NCBI GenBank assembly: GCA_963676835.2
Contig: CAXXFF010000003.1
Location: forward strand, 672,001 to 736,000
Length of the DNA stretch: 64,000 nucleotides
Origin: Marispirochaeta sp.
Lineage (GTDB): Bacteria > Spirochaetota > Spirochaetia > JC444 > Marispirochaetaceae
Direction of reading: 5' to 3'
Numbering within the stretch: the stretch's first letter is position 1; each line of letters opens with the position of its first letter. The notes under the pieces are model-generated. The model did not search any database and was not told where the DNA came from. It saw only the letters and a list, made by a program, of their open reading frames with translations. Of the stretch, positions 1 to 10,600 are shown piece by piece. The position numbers and the translations under genes are program-made.

Positions 1-151
1 TGAAAAAACTGGTCAAAGTACAGGGTTTCCTCGCTGGCACTAAGGTTATATTTACTGGTGCGCATATTATCCGAGTCGTACAGATATTTTACCTGAGTAT
101 TGGTGGTATCAAAGCCTACAAGGCGGTTTTCTTCATCCCAGGTGTAGGTTC
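1..151 (-). pseudogene. Orphan rhs cassette, portion distal to IS66 (continues beyond the left edge of the window)
   Basis: 1..151 aligns without gaps to 5688..5838 of the large Rhs gene (8 substitutions by eye, mostly synonymous); encodes RTYTWDEENRLVGFDTTNTQVKYLYDSDNMRTSKYNLSASEETLYFDQFF. Confidence 0.9.
106..151. repeat. 46-bp direct repeat flanking IS66, left copy (right copy 2528..2573; 45/46 identical)
   Basis: gtatcaaagcctacaaggcggttttcTtcatcccaggtgtaggttc vs gtatcaaagcctacaaggcggttttcCtcatcccaggtgtaggttc. Confidence 0.95.
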
Positions 152-174
152 GTAACCGTCAATTAAACCCCACC
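152..174 (+). repeat. IS66 left terminal inverted repeat
   Basis: GTAACCGTCAATTAAACCCCACC. Confidence 0.93.
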
Positions 175-226
175 TTATGCCGACATCAATGAATGCCCTA
201 CAATCCTCCCTTAATGGAGGAATCGC

Positions 227-556
227 ATGGTCAAATATAACCGGGAACAGCAGTGTGAACATCTTAGAAATTGGGAAAAAAGCGGGTTAAGCGGGCAGGA
301 GTATTGCCGGCAGCACGAAATACCACCCACAACGTTTTACAGCTGGAAAAAAGCCGAAAGGAAACGTGCCGTACAAACCGGAATAGGCTCTGAAACAGCA
401 GCAGCCCGGTTCATACCAGTAAAAAGCTCTTTTCATCATTTATCCGAAAAAGAAACCATAACCATAAAGTTGCACGATATTGTTATTACTCTGCCGGTAA
501 CAGCAAATCATGACCAGCTAAAAGCAGTATTAACAGCCTTGAGGGTTTATGAATGA
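227..556 (+). CDS. tnpA: IS66 accessory protein TnpA (HTH)
   Basis: WEKSGLSGQEYCRQHEIPPTTFYSWKK HTH; GGAGG RBS; first ORF inside the IRs. Confidence 0.88.
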   Translation: MVKYNREQQCEHLRNWEKSGLSGQEYCRQHEIPPTTFYSWKKAERKRAVQTGIGSETAAARFIPVKSSFHHLSEKETITIKLHDIVITLPVTANHDQLKAVLTALRVYE

Positions 557-900
557 CCCCAGATTTATCAGCCGTACAGATATTTATCCGGCCAGGCATC
601 ACTGATATGCGTAAAGCAATCAACGGCTTAGTTGTCATGGTGCAGGACTATATGAATGAAAATCCGTTAAGCGGCAATCTGTTTCTGTTCTGCAACCGCG
701 AACGACGAATCATGAAGGCATTGTATTGGGACCGGAATGGTTTCTGCCTGTGGCAGAAGAAACTGGAAAAGCATAAATTCCCCTGGCCCGTAACTGAAGA
801 AGATGCTCTTGCCATTACCCCGGAACAGCTATCGATGCTGTTGAAAGGCATCGATTTCTGGAATGAACATACTACTTTGGAATATTCCCGTGTTTCTTAA
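553..900 (+). CDS. tnpB: IS66 accessory protein TnpB
   Basis: TDMRKAINGL...LFLFCNRERRIMKALYWDRNGFCLWQKKLEKHKFPWP motifs; ATGA overlap with tnpA. Confidence 0.95.
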   Translation: MTPDLSAVQIFIRPGITDMRKAINGLVVMVQDYMNENPLSGNLFLFCNRERRIMKALYWDRNGFCLWQKKLEKHKFPWPVTEEDALAITPEQLSMLLKGIDFWNEHTTLEYSRVS

Positions 901-962
901 AGCATTTTAATGGTGTAAAGGAATTTACAGAGAAAGAGCTGTATGCTAGAATTTTTTTCAGT

Positions 963-2492
963 ATGGATGTTGCAGCCCTTCCGAAGGAAGTACAAGACTA
1001 CATTCACTCTCTTGAGACAGCAAACAGTTCCTGGGAACATCGCTACGGTGCCTTGGAGGAGCAGTACAAGTTGCTTCTTCTTCAGAAATTTGGCCGTAAA
1101 AGTGAAAAAGAACAACAGGATGAGTATCAACCGCTGTTGTTCGGACTTGAAGAGAATGGTACTTCGGAGAACGATGCATCAGAGACTTCCGTACCAGTTC
1201 AGTCCCATCCCCGCAGGAAATCCGGCAGAAAACCAATTGATGAAAGCCTTCCCCGGGAAGAGATCATCATTGATATTCCCGAAGATGAAAAACAGTGTGC
1301 CTGCGGCCATGCGCTGGTTCGTATCGGCGAAGAGACCAGCGAGCGCTTACAGGTAATCCCCCCGAAGATGTGGGTAGAACTGATTATCCGTCCCAAGTAT
1401 GCCTGCAAGAACTGTGAAGGCTCCGGGGATGAAGAGAAGCCGGCAGTAAGGGTTGCTGCCCCCCCTGCAAGTATCATCCCTAAAAGCATTGTAACGCCTG
1501 GATTGCTCTCCTTCATCATAGTGAATAAATTTGTAGATCATCTGCCCTATTACCGGCAGGAGAAACGATTTGAGCGGATCGGCATCCACATAAGCCGTCA
1601 GAACATGAGCAACTGGCAGCAGATGACGTATGAAAAGATTGAACCTTTAATTGAGACTCTGAAAATGCATATCCGGTCAGGGCCGGTCATCAACATGGAT
1701 GAAACCCCGGTCCAGGTACACGGAGAACCGGAACGCCCAGACACGGCGAAATCCTATATGTGGCTTGCCCGCGGCGGCCCTCCGGAAAACCCGGGATTGC
1801 TTTACTCATACCGGGAAACCCGCGGGTCCCGACATATTAAAGAACTTCTCGATGGATTCAGCGGCTTTTTACAGACTGACGGCTATGATGCGTATCGTAC
1901 AGCCCTGGCGGGGAATGAACAGATAGTCCATGTCGGCTGCATGGCCCATGTTCGGCGAAAGTTTCATGAAGCTGCAAAGGCCTCGAAGAAAGCAGCAAGT
2001 GCACAGGAAGCATTGAATGCCATCAGGAAACTGTATGGGATTGAAGAGCGTCTTCGCAGTATGGAATTGCCCGAAGACCAGTTTGTTGACCAGCGCAAAT
2101 CTCAGGCGGAACCGGTTTTGCAGAAGTTTAGAACCTGGCTTGAAAAACGCAGTCAGCAGGTTCCTCCTTCGTTATTGCTTGGGAAAGCAATTCAGTACAC
2201 CTTGAACGAATGGGAGAAACTGGTACACTACCTTGATTCGCCTTATCTGACGCCGGACAACAATAGCGCGGAGCAGGCCATCCGGCCATTTGTGCTGGGC
2301 CGAAAGAACTGGTTATTTTCCGGTAGTCCAAAGGGGGCTGAAAGTTCCTGTGCCATGTATTCACTGATTGAGACAGCCAAACAAAATAATGTGAACCCGA
2401 ACGACTACCTGAGACGCGTTTTTGAGGAAGCTCCACTCATGAATGAATCTGATAACTGGGAAAAATTGCTGCCATGGAATATTTCCCTCTGA
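963..2492 (+). CDS. tnpC: IS66 DDE transposase TnpC
   Basis: Coiled-coil FGRKSEK, Zn-finger CACG...CKNC, HLPYYRQ, DETPV, LQTDGY, CMAHVRRKF, DNNSAEQAIRPFVLGRKNWLF. Confidence 0.96.
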   Translation: MDVAALPKEVQDYIHSLETANSSWEHRYGALEEQYKLLLLQKFGRKSEKEQQDEYQPLLFGLEENGTSENDASETSVPVQSHPRRKSGRKPIDESLPREEIIIDIPEDEKQCACGHALVRIGEETSERLQVIPPKMWVELIIRPKYACKNCEGSGDEEKPAVRVAAPPASIIPKSIVTPGLLSFIIVNKFVDHLPYYRQEKRFERIGIHISRQNMSNWQQMTYEKIEPLIETLKMHIRSGPVINMDETPVQVHGEPERPDTAKSYMWLARGGPPENPGLLYSYRETRGSRHIKELLDGFSGFLQTDGYDAYRTALAGNEQIVHVGCMAHVRRKFHEAAKASKKAASAQEALNAIRKLYGIEERLRSMELPEDQFVDQRKSQAEPVLQKFRTWLEKRSQQVPPSLLLGKAIQYTLNEWEKLVHYLDSPYLTPDNNSAEQAIRPFVLGRKNWLFSGSPKGAESSCAMYSLIETAKQNNVNPNDYLRRVFEEAPLMNESDNWEKLLPWNISL

Positions 2493-2504
2493 TTTTTTTC
2501 TCTG

Positions 2505-2527
2505 GGTGAGGTTTAATTGACGGTTAC
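2505..2527 (-). repeat. IS66 right terminal inverted repeat
   Basis: Reverse complement GTAACCGTCAATTAAACCTCACC. Confidence 0.93.
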
Positions 2528-2679
2528 GTATCAAAGCCTACAAGGCGGTTTTCCTCATCCCAGGTGTAGGTTCTGCAATAGGTGCTTGCCTGGTCGTCCT
2601 CTTCCGTACGCATAAGGGCAAAACCGCGGTTTACGCTGCGAAGGTCTCCGATTATTGATAGTTTAAATACTTTGTTCAT
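2528..2679 (-). pseudogene. 5' part of orphan rhs cassette (MNKVFKLSII fused to Rhs-core homology), truncated by IS66
   Basis: 2528..2650 matches 5793..5915 (2 substitutions in 123 bp); in-frame ATG at 2679. Confidence 0.85.
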
Positions 2680-2763
2680 ACGGGGATCAAGGAACAATCC
2701 ATTCCATCTTATGATTATAAATACACTCAAAGTGTATTCAGTCTTTTTGTTAGAAAGATGTTA

Positions 2764-3687
2764 CTATGGCCGATCACCCATTGGTATTACTAAATTCAAA
2801 CAAGTATCTTCCCATTTTGAACCAGGATAAACATCAAGGATGGTAAAACGAATTATTGTTTCACCGTCATCTATTTTCTTCGGCAAACGTATCTCCTGAA
2901 ACTGCGGTGTATTAGTTAGCTCTACTTCGAATTCAATATCATGTTCTTCGATTTCAATCCGCATTTTTTTTATTCGAGAGTTATATTCATATAAATAAGG
3001 TTTTGCAAAATCCACATACCCATTAGAAATCAGCAGAAAATCAACCGGCCAGTTCCACGTCTCGGTTTCAATTTCGAACCATTCGCCAATACCCTGCCCG
3101 TCAATACCTTCTACCCAGGGGATGTTATCGGTTGAAGAAAATTGAACGGTATTTTGACCATTGTATTCTTTAATACCTTCAACAAAGGATGAACTACTAC
3201 GAACTGAAACAACCCTTGGGTTTGCTCCACTCCATCTCAATCCCTCATCAGAACTAAACAAGAGATAGTTTTCATCAAAAAGAAGCAGTTTACGAGGATG
3301 CACAAGCATTCCCAGTTTTTCTTTGTAAGTGTAATTATTATTGCTTCGTAGGTATAAGTAATCAAAGTTATTTTCTTTTTTTGATTGCCAGGTACCATGT
3401 TCATAGTATTCACTCCCTACTGTAAGTCCACTATCTTTCAATGGATCAGGATACACAAAGAAAGCTGACGGGATGCGCTTCTCAGATAAACCTATCATAT
3501 ACTCGTAAAACTTTATATCAAACAAAAAGTCTCCAATAAAATTGGATGTTCCACCTCCATCAAGAAGAACTCGATCAAATGCGCCAAAAAAACTAATACG
3601 TTTCTCTAATCTTACAGGCTCTATATTGTTTTCTGCGACGAGACTAATTGATAGAGATAGCAAAAAAACAAATAAAATTTTTTTCAT
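2764..3687 (-). CDS. Exported protein with C-terminal NADase-type glycan-binding (discoidin-like) domain; candidate immunity protein 2
   Basis: Signal peptide MKKILFVFLLSLSISLVA; PWVEGIDGQGIGE...NGYVD...DVYPGSKWEDT; low GC; position after toxin. Confidence 0.7.
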   Translation of the reverse strand: MKKILFVFLLSLSISLVAENNIEPVRLEKRISFFGAFDRVLLDGGGTSNFIGDFLFDIKFYEYMIGLSEKRIPSAFFVYPDPLKDSGLTVGSEYYEHGTWQSKKENNFDYLYLRSNNNYTYKEKLGMLVHPRKLLLFDENYLLFSSDEGLRWSGANPRVVSVRSSSSFVEGIKEYNGQNTVQFSSTDNIPWVEGIDGQGIGEWFEIETETWNWPVDFLLISNGYVDFAKPYLYEYNSRIKKMRIEIEEHDIEFEVELTNTPQFQEIRLPKKIDDGETIIRFTILDVYPGSKWEDTCLNLVIPMGDRP

Positions 3688-3720
3688 TCCATTACCGGCC
3701 CCATCACTTTACAGGAATAA

Positions 3721-4635
3721 TTATTCTCTTTGCGAAAATATACTGGTCAGTCTATTGTATTCATCAGCACCCAACTCATGGTGCTCCTTCAAAGACTGAT
3801 CGTCAAGTTCAGAAAAAATACCAGACACCGCTGTATCGTTATATTTATATCCCGGATAAACTTCTATAATTTTTATTTTTATCTTTTTTACTTCCCGCGG
3901 AAAGTATACTGTATGAAATCTTACTTCATCAATAAAACGATATTCTATAGAAAAATTATCATAGTCATCATTCGAAATGATTTTGATTGTTTTTAGTCTA
4001 TTATTTGCTTTGTACAACGCTCGATTTGATAAATCTATATAACCATTCATAATGGAAATATTTTGATATGATTCATTAAATTCAACGTCAATCTCCTCAC
4101 CAATTCCTGGTCCTTCAACACCTTCAACCCAAGGGTAGGTTGATGAGAATGTTCCCCAAAACGGTTTAGAATTGATATTCCAGAATTCTCCATGATAGCC
4201 CATATCAATAACTACGTGTTTTAAATTTTCACTTTTGTATTGAATTAGATTCCCGTTAATCACTTCTTGAAAAAAACTTGTTGCGGTTATATCGCTTATA
4301 ATCGGTTTTACATTTGTATCTACAATAAGTACATCTTTATAGCCCCTGGGCTTCTCGAGATTATTAAAAAGAACGCTTGATCTATCTCCAAGAATAACGA
4401 TATATGTTCTATCCGAAGTTTTTAGATAACCGTAACCATCTTCTTCATAGCTAATATCTTCTTCATTGAAAGAATAGAAGCAATTACAAGCAGAATCAAA
4501 GATATAGCCTTTCCCTGAATAAAAAGCTATTTTTTTGTCAGGGTTAATCTGATCGATAAAGTTATATTCAAATGGTGTTGAGAAAAGATCTGTAATAACT
4601 ATAAACAATATTAAAATATAAGTATTTCTTGGCAC
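3721..4635 (-). CDS. Exported protein with C-terminal NADase-type glycan-binding (discoidin-like) domain; candidate cognate immunity protein
   Basis: GTG start 1 nt after the toxin stop, AGGAG RBS inside the toxin 3' end; hydrophobic N-terminus; PWVEGVEGPGIGE...NGYID...EVYPGYKYNDT. Confidence 0.72.
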   Translation of the reverse strand: MPRNTYILILFIVITDLFSTPFEYNFIDQINPDKKIAFYSGKGYIFDSACNCFYSFNEEDISYEEDGYGYLKTSDRTYIVILGDRSSVLFNNLEKPRGYKDVLIVDTNVKPIISDITATSFFQEVINGNLIQYKSENLKHVVIDMGYHGEFWNINSKPFWGTFSSTYPWVEGVEGPGIGEEIDVEFNESYQNISIMNGYIDLSNRALYKANNRLKTIKIISNDDYDNFSIEYRFIDEVRFHTVYFPREVKKIKIKIIEVYPGYKYNDTAVSGIFSELDDQSLKEHHELGADEYNRLTSIFSQRE

Positions 4636-4636
4636 T

Positions 4637-7600
4637 TCAAAACTCCTTTAACAGACCATTTATTATTGTCCCTTCTTGTATCCCCCAAGATTCCATAAAA
4701 TCAATTGAATCGTTGAATTCAGACGATGATGGGATAAAACAGCCATCACTACCTTTATTGTTGTAATCAACTTCTGGATTACCAAGACTCGCATTTCCAT
4801 GATAAAGCCAGCGCCCACCTCTATTTGCACCTCCTCCAACGGCATTCCCGTCACGTCCAATAACTGTGCCATCTATGGTTGATGTATTTTGAATCTCCAG
4901 AACAACTCCAGGAATGGATCCACTTGTTGATTTATACTCCATATCAAATTTACCTGGAGCAATAGTATTACCCTGTAACTGTGAGCCAGATATAGGCTGG
5001 TCTCGATTGCCTTCAGTTTGAATATCTACTGTCTGTAACCCTCCAACAAAATGCTTGCCCTTTTCTCCAAGAATAGTCTCTGCTGAAATGACCAGAAAAT
5101 CTTTCCCTTGGGTATCCAACTCACCATATTTACTTTCATAACTCGATCTACTTCGAAATACCTCTGCAGTGAACTTTGTAGGTTCATATTGTCGGTCGGT
5201 AATAATTTCACCCGTTTTAACATGCTCACCGATAACATCTGCCAACCCCGTAGGATCCACATACTTCAAAGGATTATTACTACAATACCCATACCAGTTC
5301 ATCCCATCCATCGCCGGATCACTCGACATCCATCTCCCCCGCTTCGGATCAAGGTACCTCGCTCCGTAATAATACAGCCCCGTCTCCTCATCATACTCCT
5401 TTCCGGTAAACCGGAACGGAATCACATCCGCTAACGGATCAATCTGTTCCTCCCACAGCTCTCCATAAGGAGTATACTCCAGGTGTTCATATTTCTCACC
5501 TTCATGGTCCGTGACAAACTGGGCACTGCCTAAATGATCAGGGTGGTAATAGTAGGTATTTACCCGCTCATAATCGAAGTTGGTACCGGAAATATTATCC
5601 TTCTCCAGGCTCAACCGCGTGGCAATTCTGCTTTCCCCCAGATAAATATGCTTACTCTGCCGGAAATCTGACCCTTCGGTTACCCCCTGAAAAAACTGGT
5701 CAAAGTACAGGGTTTCCTCGCTGGCACTAAGGTTATATTTGCTGGTACGCATATTATCTGCGTCATACAGATATTTTACCTGGGTGTTGGTGGTATCAAA
5801 GCCTACAAGGCGGTTTTCCTCATCCCAGGTGTAGGTTCTGCAGTAGGTGCTTGCCTGGTCGTCCTCTTCCGTACGCATAAGGGCAAAACCGCGGTTTACG
5901 CTTCGAAGGTCTCCGTCGACGGACAGAGTGGACTCCCCAGCCTCAGCCTCGGCGGAAGGCCCGCCTTTCCGTTCTTCTATAACATTGCCGTTTTTATCGT
6001 AGGAGTAATAAATATTGCCTATCCACTGTACCCGGTGAGGTGTTCCCTCATAGTAGCTGTACTCCTGCTCATAATTGAGGGCACCCTTGGGGGTGGTTGA
6101 AGGAACATAACGCTGGCTGGAGTTTTTCTGCTGAAAGTTCCCCAGGCTGTCATAGACATAGTCCTGACTATAGATACTGGTAGTTACATCAATGCCGTCC
6201 GGATGGTGCCGGTAGGTGCCATCCGCTCCGGTCAGCTGGTTTAAGGCATCGTAACCATAGGTCTGGGTTGTGGTGTAGCCGTACACATCGTTGGTATACC
6301 CGGTTATGTTACCCACCGTATCAAAACTGTAGCTAATGTTCTGGTAGCGCCGGGCTGCCCCTTCCTTCCCGGTTTCTATGCTGTCCAGCCAGCGGCGGTA
6401 GGGGTTGTAGGTGTAATGTGTTTCAACGCTGTTGCCGTACTTCATGTACACCCTCTGGCCGTAGGTGTCGTAGCCGATGTCTTCTATATAGGTAGTAGAC
6501 TGCCCCTTGGTGATTCCGGTGACACTCTGCACCTGACCACCGGTGTTGTAGGTATAGGCAACTGTTTCCCCGTCGGGATAGGTAATCTCTTCCAGCCGGC
6601 CCAGGTAGTCGTATACAAACGAGGTACTGGCCGTTTCCGCATCAAGGGTCTGATCCAGACGATTCAGGGTTCTGATGGTTTCACTTACTTCGCCGAGCTT
6701 TCCGTAGGCATATTCGATGGTCCCCGAAGCATCGCTGCGAGTTATAAGTCTACCCGCAAGGTTATCGGCAGTGTCTACCGGGCTACCGTAGGCGTATTCC
6801 GTTGCGGTTGTTTTCGGGTAATTGACTCTAATTAAGCGGTTCAGTCCATCGTAGTCGTACCGGATGGATCTGCCGGAAGCGCGGAGATTTGAATCGATTT
6901 TTTCCGTCAGGTTGCCTGAATCATCATACCTGAACACAATTTTACCTGCATCATAACTTTCTACACTTGTTCTGCGGCCTGCCAGATCGTACTGGTAAGT
7001 CACAGGGTATGTTAAACCTGTTTCCAGCTGGTGTTCAAGGCTCTGCTGCAGCTCACCCAGGGGTGAGTAGCTGTATTCCGCTTTTTTCAATATTCTGCTG
7101 CCGGAATCGAGCATACGAAGTTCCGCAACCTGCCCCCGGATGTTTTTCAGGGTTTCCGTTCTGTTCTGCTTCGGATCGATGGTCAGTTCCCGCATCGTAT
7201 TACCTTCAATGCCATATTCCATCTGCATTTCTGCATCGTCATCGGGATCTTTAGGATCATCGGGGAATACAATATGCTTTACCCTGTCCAGGGGGTCGTA
7301 GGTTTTTATGGTAGGAAGAGACAAGCCCGCCAGGGCCGGCAGAACCGTGTTAAGCCCGCCGGAGACAGGCTGGCTGTCTGCTGTTTCCAAAAACACCGTC
7401 TGTCCTTCCTGGACAGTCCGGCCTGCACCGTCCTGTGCAATCAGCCCGGAACAGTTCCAGCCGTAGAGAGTATCATTTCCATCCCTCACCTCACCCTCTT
7501 TGGCTGTCTGAATAATCCGGCCCAGTCCGTCCGCAAAGGTAGCGGTGAGCATATCCTCACTGGAGGCAGTATCGTGGCTGATTTTGTTTACCGTTACTGC

Positions 7601-10600
7601 AGTCCATGGGAAACTCTCCGTTCGGTACTGAAAGGCAACAGCAGGCATGTCGCCGCTGTCCGGTTCATAGGGGCTTCTTACCCGGGCCATACGGCCGAAG
7701 CTGTCATACTCCCGGTACTGGCTGTTCAGGTTCTGGTCGGTAAGCTGCAGTTCTTTGCCGTATTTATAGTCCCACTGCATGCTGGTGGAATAGCTTGGCG
7801 TACCGGAAATAATAGAGTTGCCCGTACCAATAGTAAGCGGGAATGTATGCACACTGCTGTCGTAAACAACAGCAGTTTCACAACCCCGGGGATCAATAAC
7901 GGAAGTCAGGTTGCCAAACCCGTCATACGCAAGGGTATGCAGGGTATAGTCATCCCTGGTGTAGTACTGTTCAAGCTGCCTGAGGTTTCCGGTATCAGCG
8001 AAATACCGCCCTATGCGCTTGCGCAGGAGATTATCTTCGGCATCATACACAAGAATGGTTTCCGGGTGGGCATGCATATAGGCGTCTGCATCGAGATCGG
8101 CATAGGTAATTTCTGCCCGCATGTCATCCTCGGGGTCGCCCACAAGGCCTGCATCGGTAAGCTCCCGGACATTACCGTAGGAATCATACAGAGTATATTC
8201 CATCAGCTTATCCAGCCTGGCGCCGGTTTCCTGGTCGAAAACGGTTTCCGTTTCACTCTCCAGCCGGGGAATAACGCTGCCGGAGGCAAAGGGAATATAG
8301 CTGTAGGTCATGGAGCTTTCACTGTATTCCTGTGCCGCCGGATCGAGAGGATGCACGTCGTAGACGGCCCGTTTGATCAGCAGCCCCCGGCGGAAAAAGT
8401 TATCGTCATAGGCAGGATCAACCGCATAGGTGTCCTCCTGTACCGAAGCAATGGCGGTGTTTGCAGGAACCTCGGAATCGTAGTTTTCATAGCGCAGGGT
8501 TCTGACGGTGGTAAAGCCGCAGAACATCCGTTCCGTTCTATCGTATACACCCTGTTCAAACTCAAAACCCGTAACAAACTCATGGGCTCCGGGACGTTCA
8601 GTATCGCCTTCAATGCCGTCCTTCATGGTGATTGTTTCAGGGACCCATCTGCTCTGGGGCATTTCCACGGTGTTACCCACTCGTTTGTAGCTCAGCTCGG
8701 TGCTGCCGCCGAAGGGGGTATGGATGGTTTTCAGCAGGCCAACCGTGCCGAGGGCGGATTCCATTACCCGGATTCTGTTTTCTCCAGGTACCCGTAAAAC
8801 ATGGTCGGGAAGCCCGTCGCCGGTAATATCCTGAAACTTTAAACTTGTAGATGTATGTACATACGAACCACTTATTCCCGGAGTCATTTCAAACAGGATT
8901 AACCACAACACAGGGATTTGAAATGTTACCGTACCGTTTACCCCGAGGGAAAGACCGGCGGAATATTCCAGCGTATCATCAACATTAAAGGGATTCAAAC
9001 CGGCACCAAACTTATCTATAAAATCAAGTCCCCCAAGATCTATAGAGAAATCAGGAAGAGCTGATATATCGATGCCTGTAAAATTTCTTACCGCGGAAGT
9101 TATTTCATTACAAATTGATGCGGTCATCATTCCTGCAAAATTTATACCAGACCAATCGGGCCTATAAATTTTAACCGGTTCTTCCGCGAAAGTATCGCCT
9201 AAATTGAAGCAGACCTCAAAGAATCCTTCATCAGGCATTTTTGCCACCTGGTCAGGTAAGCCGTCTCCATTCATGTCCAGCATACGATAAATAGTTCGAT
9301 TCACAGAACCAGTTTCACTCCCGCTTGCGCCGAAACCGATAGCACCGGCAGTTACGCCGGTTGATACCGATCCACCGAAACTACCTGCATTGCTGTATTC
9401 AATTCCTTCTGACTCTTGCTGGCTTTCGAATATTTCGGGCAACAAAACTTTATATAGCCCCCCATTCCATTGAGTTTGTGGATCGAAACCGTTTCCGGTA
9501 TTCAGGGCAACTGAAGAGGACCCGCTGCCAGTACGCTCCAACTGGTCCGGCAAACCATCTCCATTGATATCCCTGAAACCGATGTTCTGGATATTAGACG
9601 AGGTAGTGCCGTTTATGCTTACACTTGCACCGGAAGAACCATCCGTAGCAGTTATCTGGTTGGATTCAACCTTTCCATCCTTATAAGTCTGCATAATCCC
9701 GCCAATAACCGCCATGGGGGAAGAACCGAAGCCGTAACATTCATTGCTGCTTTTTGTCATATAATTGAGTCTGGCTGACAACCCCGTTTCGTTCTGCAGT
9801 GTAAACGTATTATCTGATGCTATGCTTCCATACTGCACCGTAACAGAAGTACCGCCATCTGAAGGGAACTGGACTACATCCGGATACCGATCGCCGTTGA
9901 TATCTATAAAATCCTTGTACATCCATGAATTACCGGTATTCCTGCTTCCACCGATAAGATTCATAAACGCGCTGAGATTGATATCAACGTTGTCATTCTT
10001 GCTTTTTCTCAAATCGCCCAGCTGTCCCTGACCACATAATGTAGAGCTTGTAGGTGCTGAATAATAGAGGTCACCACCTAAACGTGCCGGGTGATACCTG
10101 TCTTCCTGCAAATAGGGAGCAAACGTATATTCATTAAATACCATTGTGCCTGTTTCATCCCATTCAGCTTCAGAATAGGAAGAATTGCTGCCAATCCAGG
10201 CGTTTTCAGGTACAAGTTCCTTGTATACGCGCCCGTCCTCAGTAATTTTATAGGAATCATCCTCCTCGCTATAGTTAGGTGACATCGCTAAAAACCAGGG
10301 TGGATCAACAGGATCACTGCTCTGCAATACCTCAAGGGAAGGAACCTCTCCGTTGCCCTCTTCATATTCGGGTACTTCTACAAGCTTCTCGGCATCCCAG
10401 TCGTAATACCCGGTCCAGACTCCGTAAAACCAGCCATGAACTCCACCGGCAAAAGATTCTCGGCTGTAAGATTTTTTGGACAGATTATTAAGATAATCAC
10501 CCTCCGATGAAGAAGGCAGGCTTTCAGGAAATTTTGCAAGGATAAGATTATCCAGAGCGGAATAATCGATAAGGTTTAGATCCGAGTAATCGGAGAGAGA

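Larger units (their letters stand above)
152..2527 (+). mobile_element. IS66-family insertion sequence, 2376 bp, apparently intact
   Basis: tnpA-tnpB-tnpC three-ORF layout; terminal inverted repeats starting GTAA (152..174 and 2505..2527, 22/23 match). Confidence 0.96.

Noticed and set aside
553..900. TnpB as an RNA-guided IS200/IS605 nuclease
   Set aside because: This is the unrelated 115-aa IS66 accessory TnpB; no RuvC or zinc-finger motifs
2524..2730. 68-aa ORF as an independent small gene
   Set aside because: It is the IS66-truncated start of the orphan rhs cassette; its stop is supplied by the IS end
106..5915. Three copies of the gtatcaaagcc...gtaggttc sequence as a CRISPR array or DGR template/variable repeat pair
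   Set aside because: Copies are rhs coding homology kilobases apart; no regular spacers, cas or reverse transcriptase genes, and differences are mostly synonymous rather than adenine-specific
7274..8797. 507-aa plus-strand ORF inside the Rhs gene
   Set aside because: Antisense shadow of a GC-rich coding region; no recognisable motifs; the minus-strand frame has clear YD repeats
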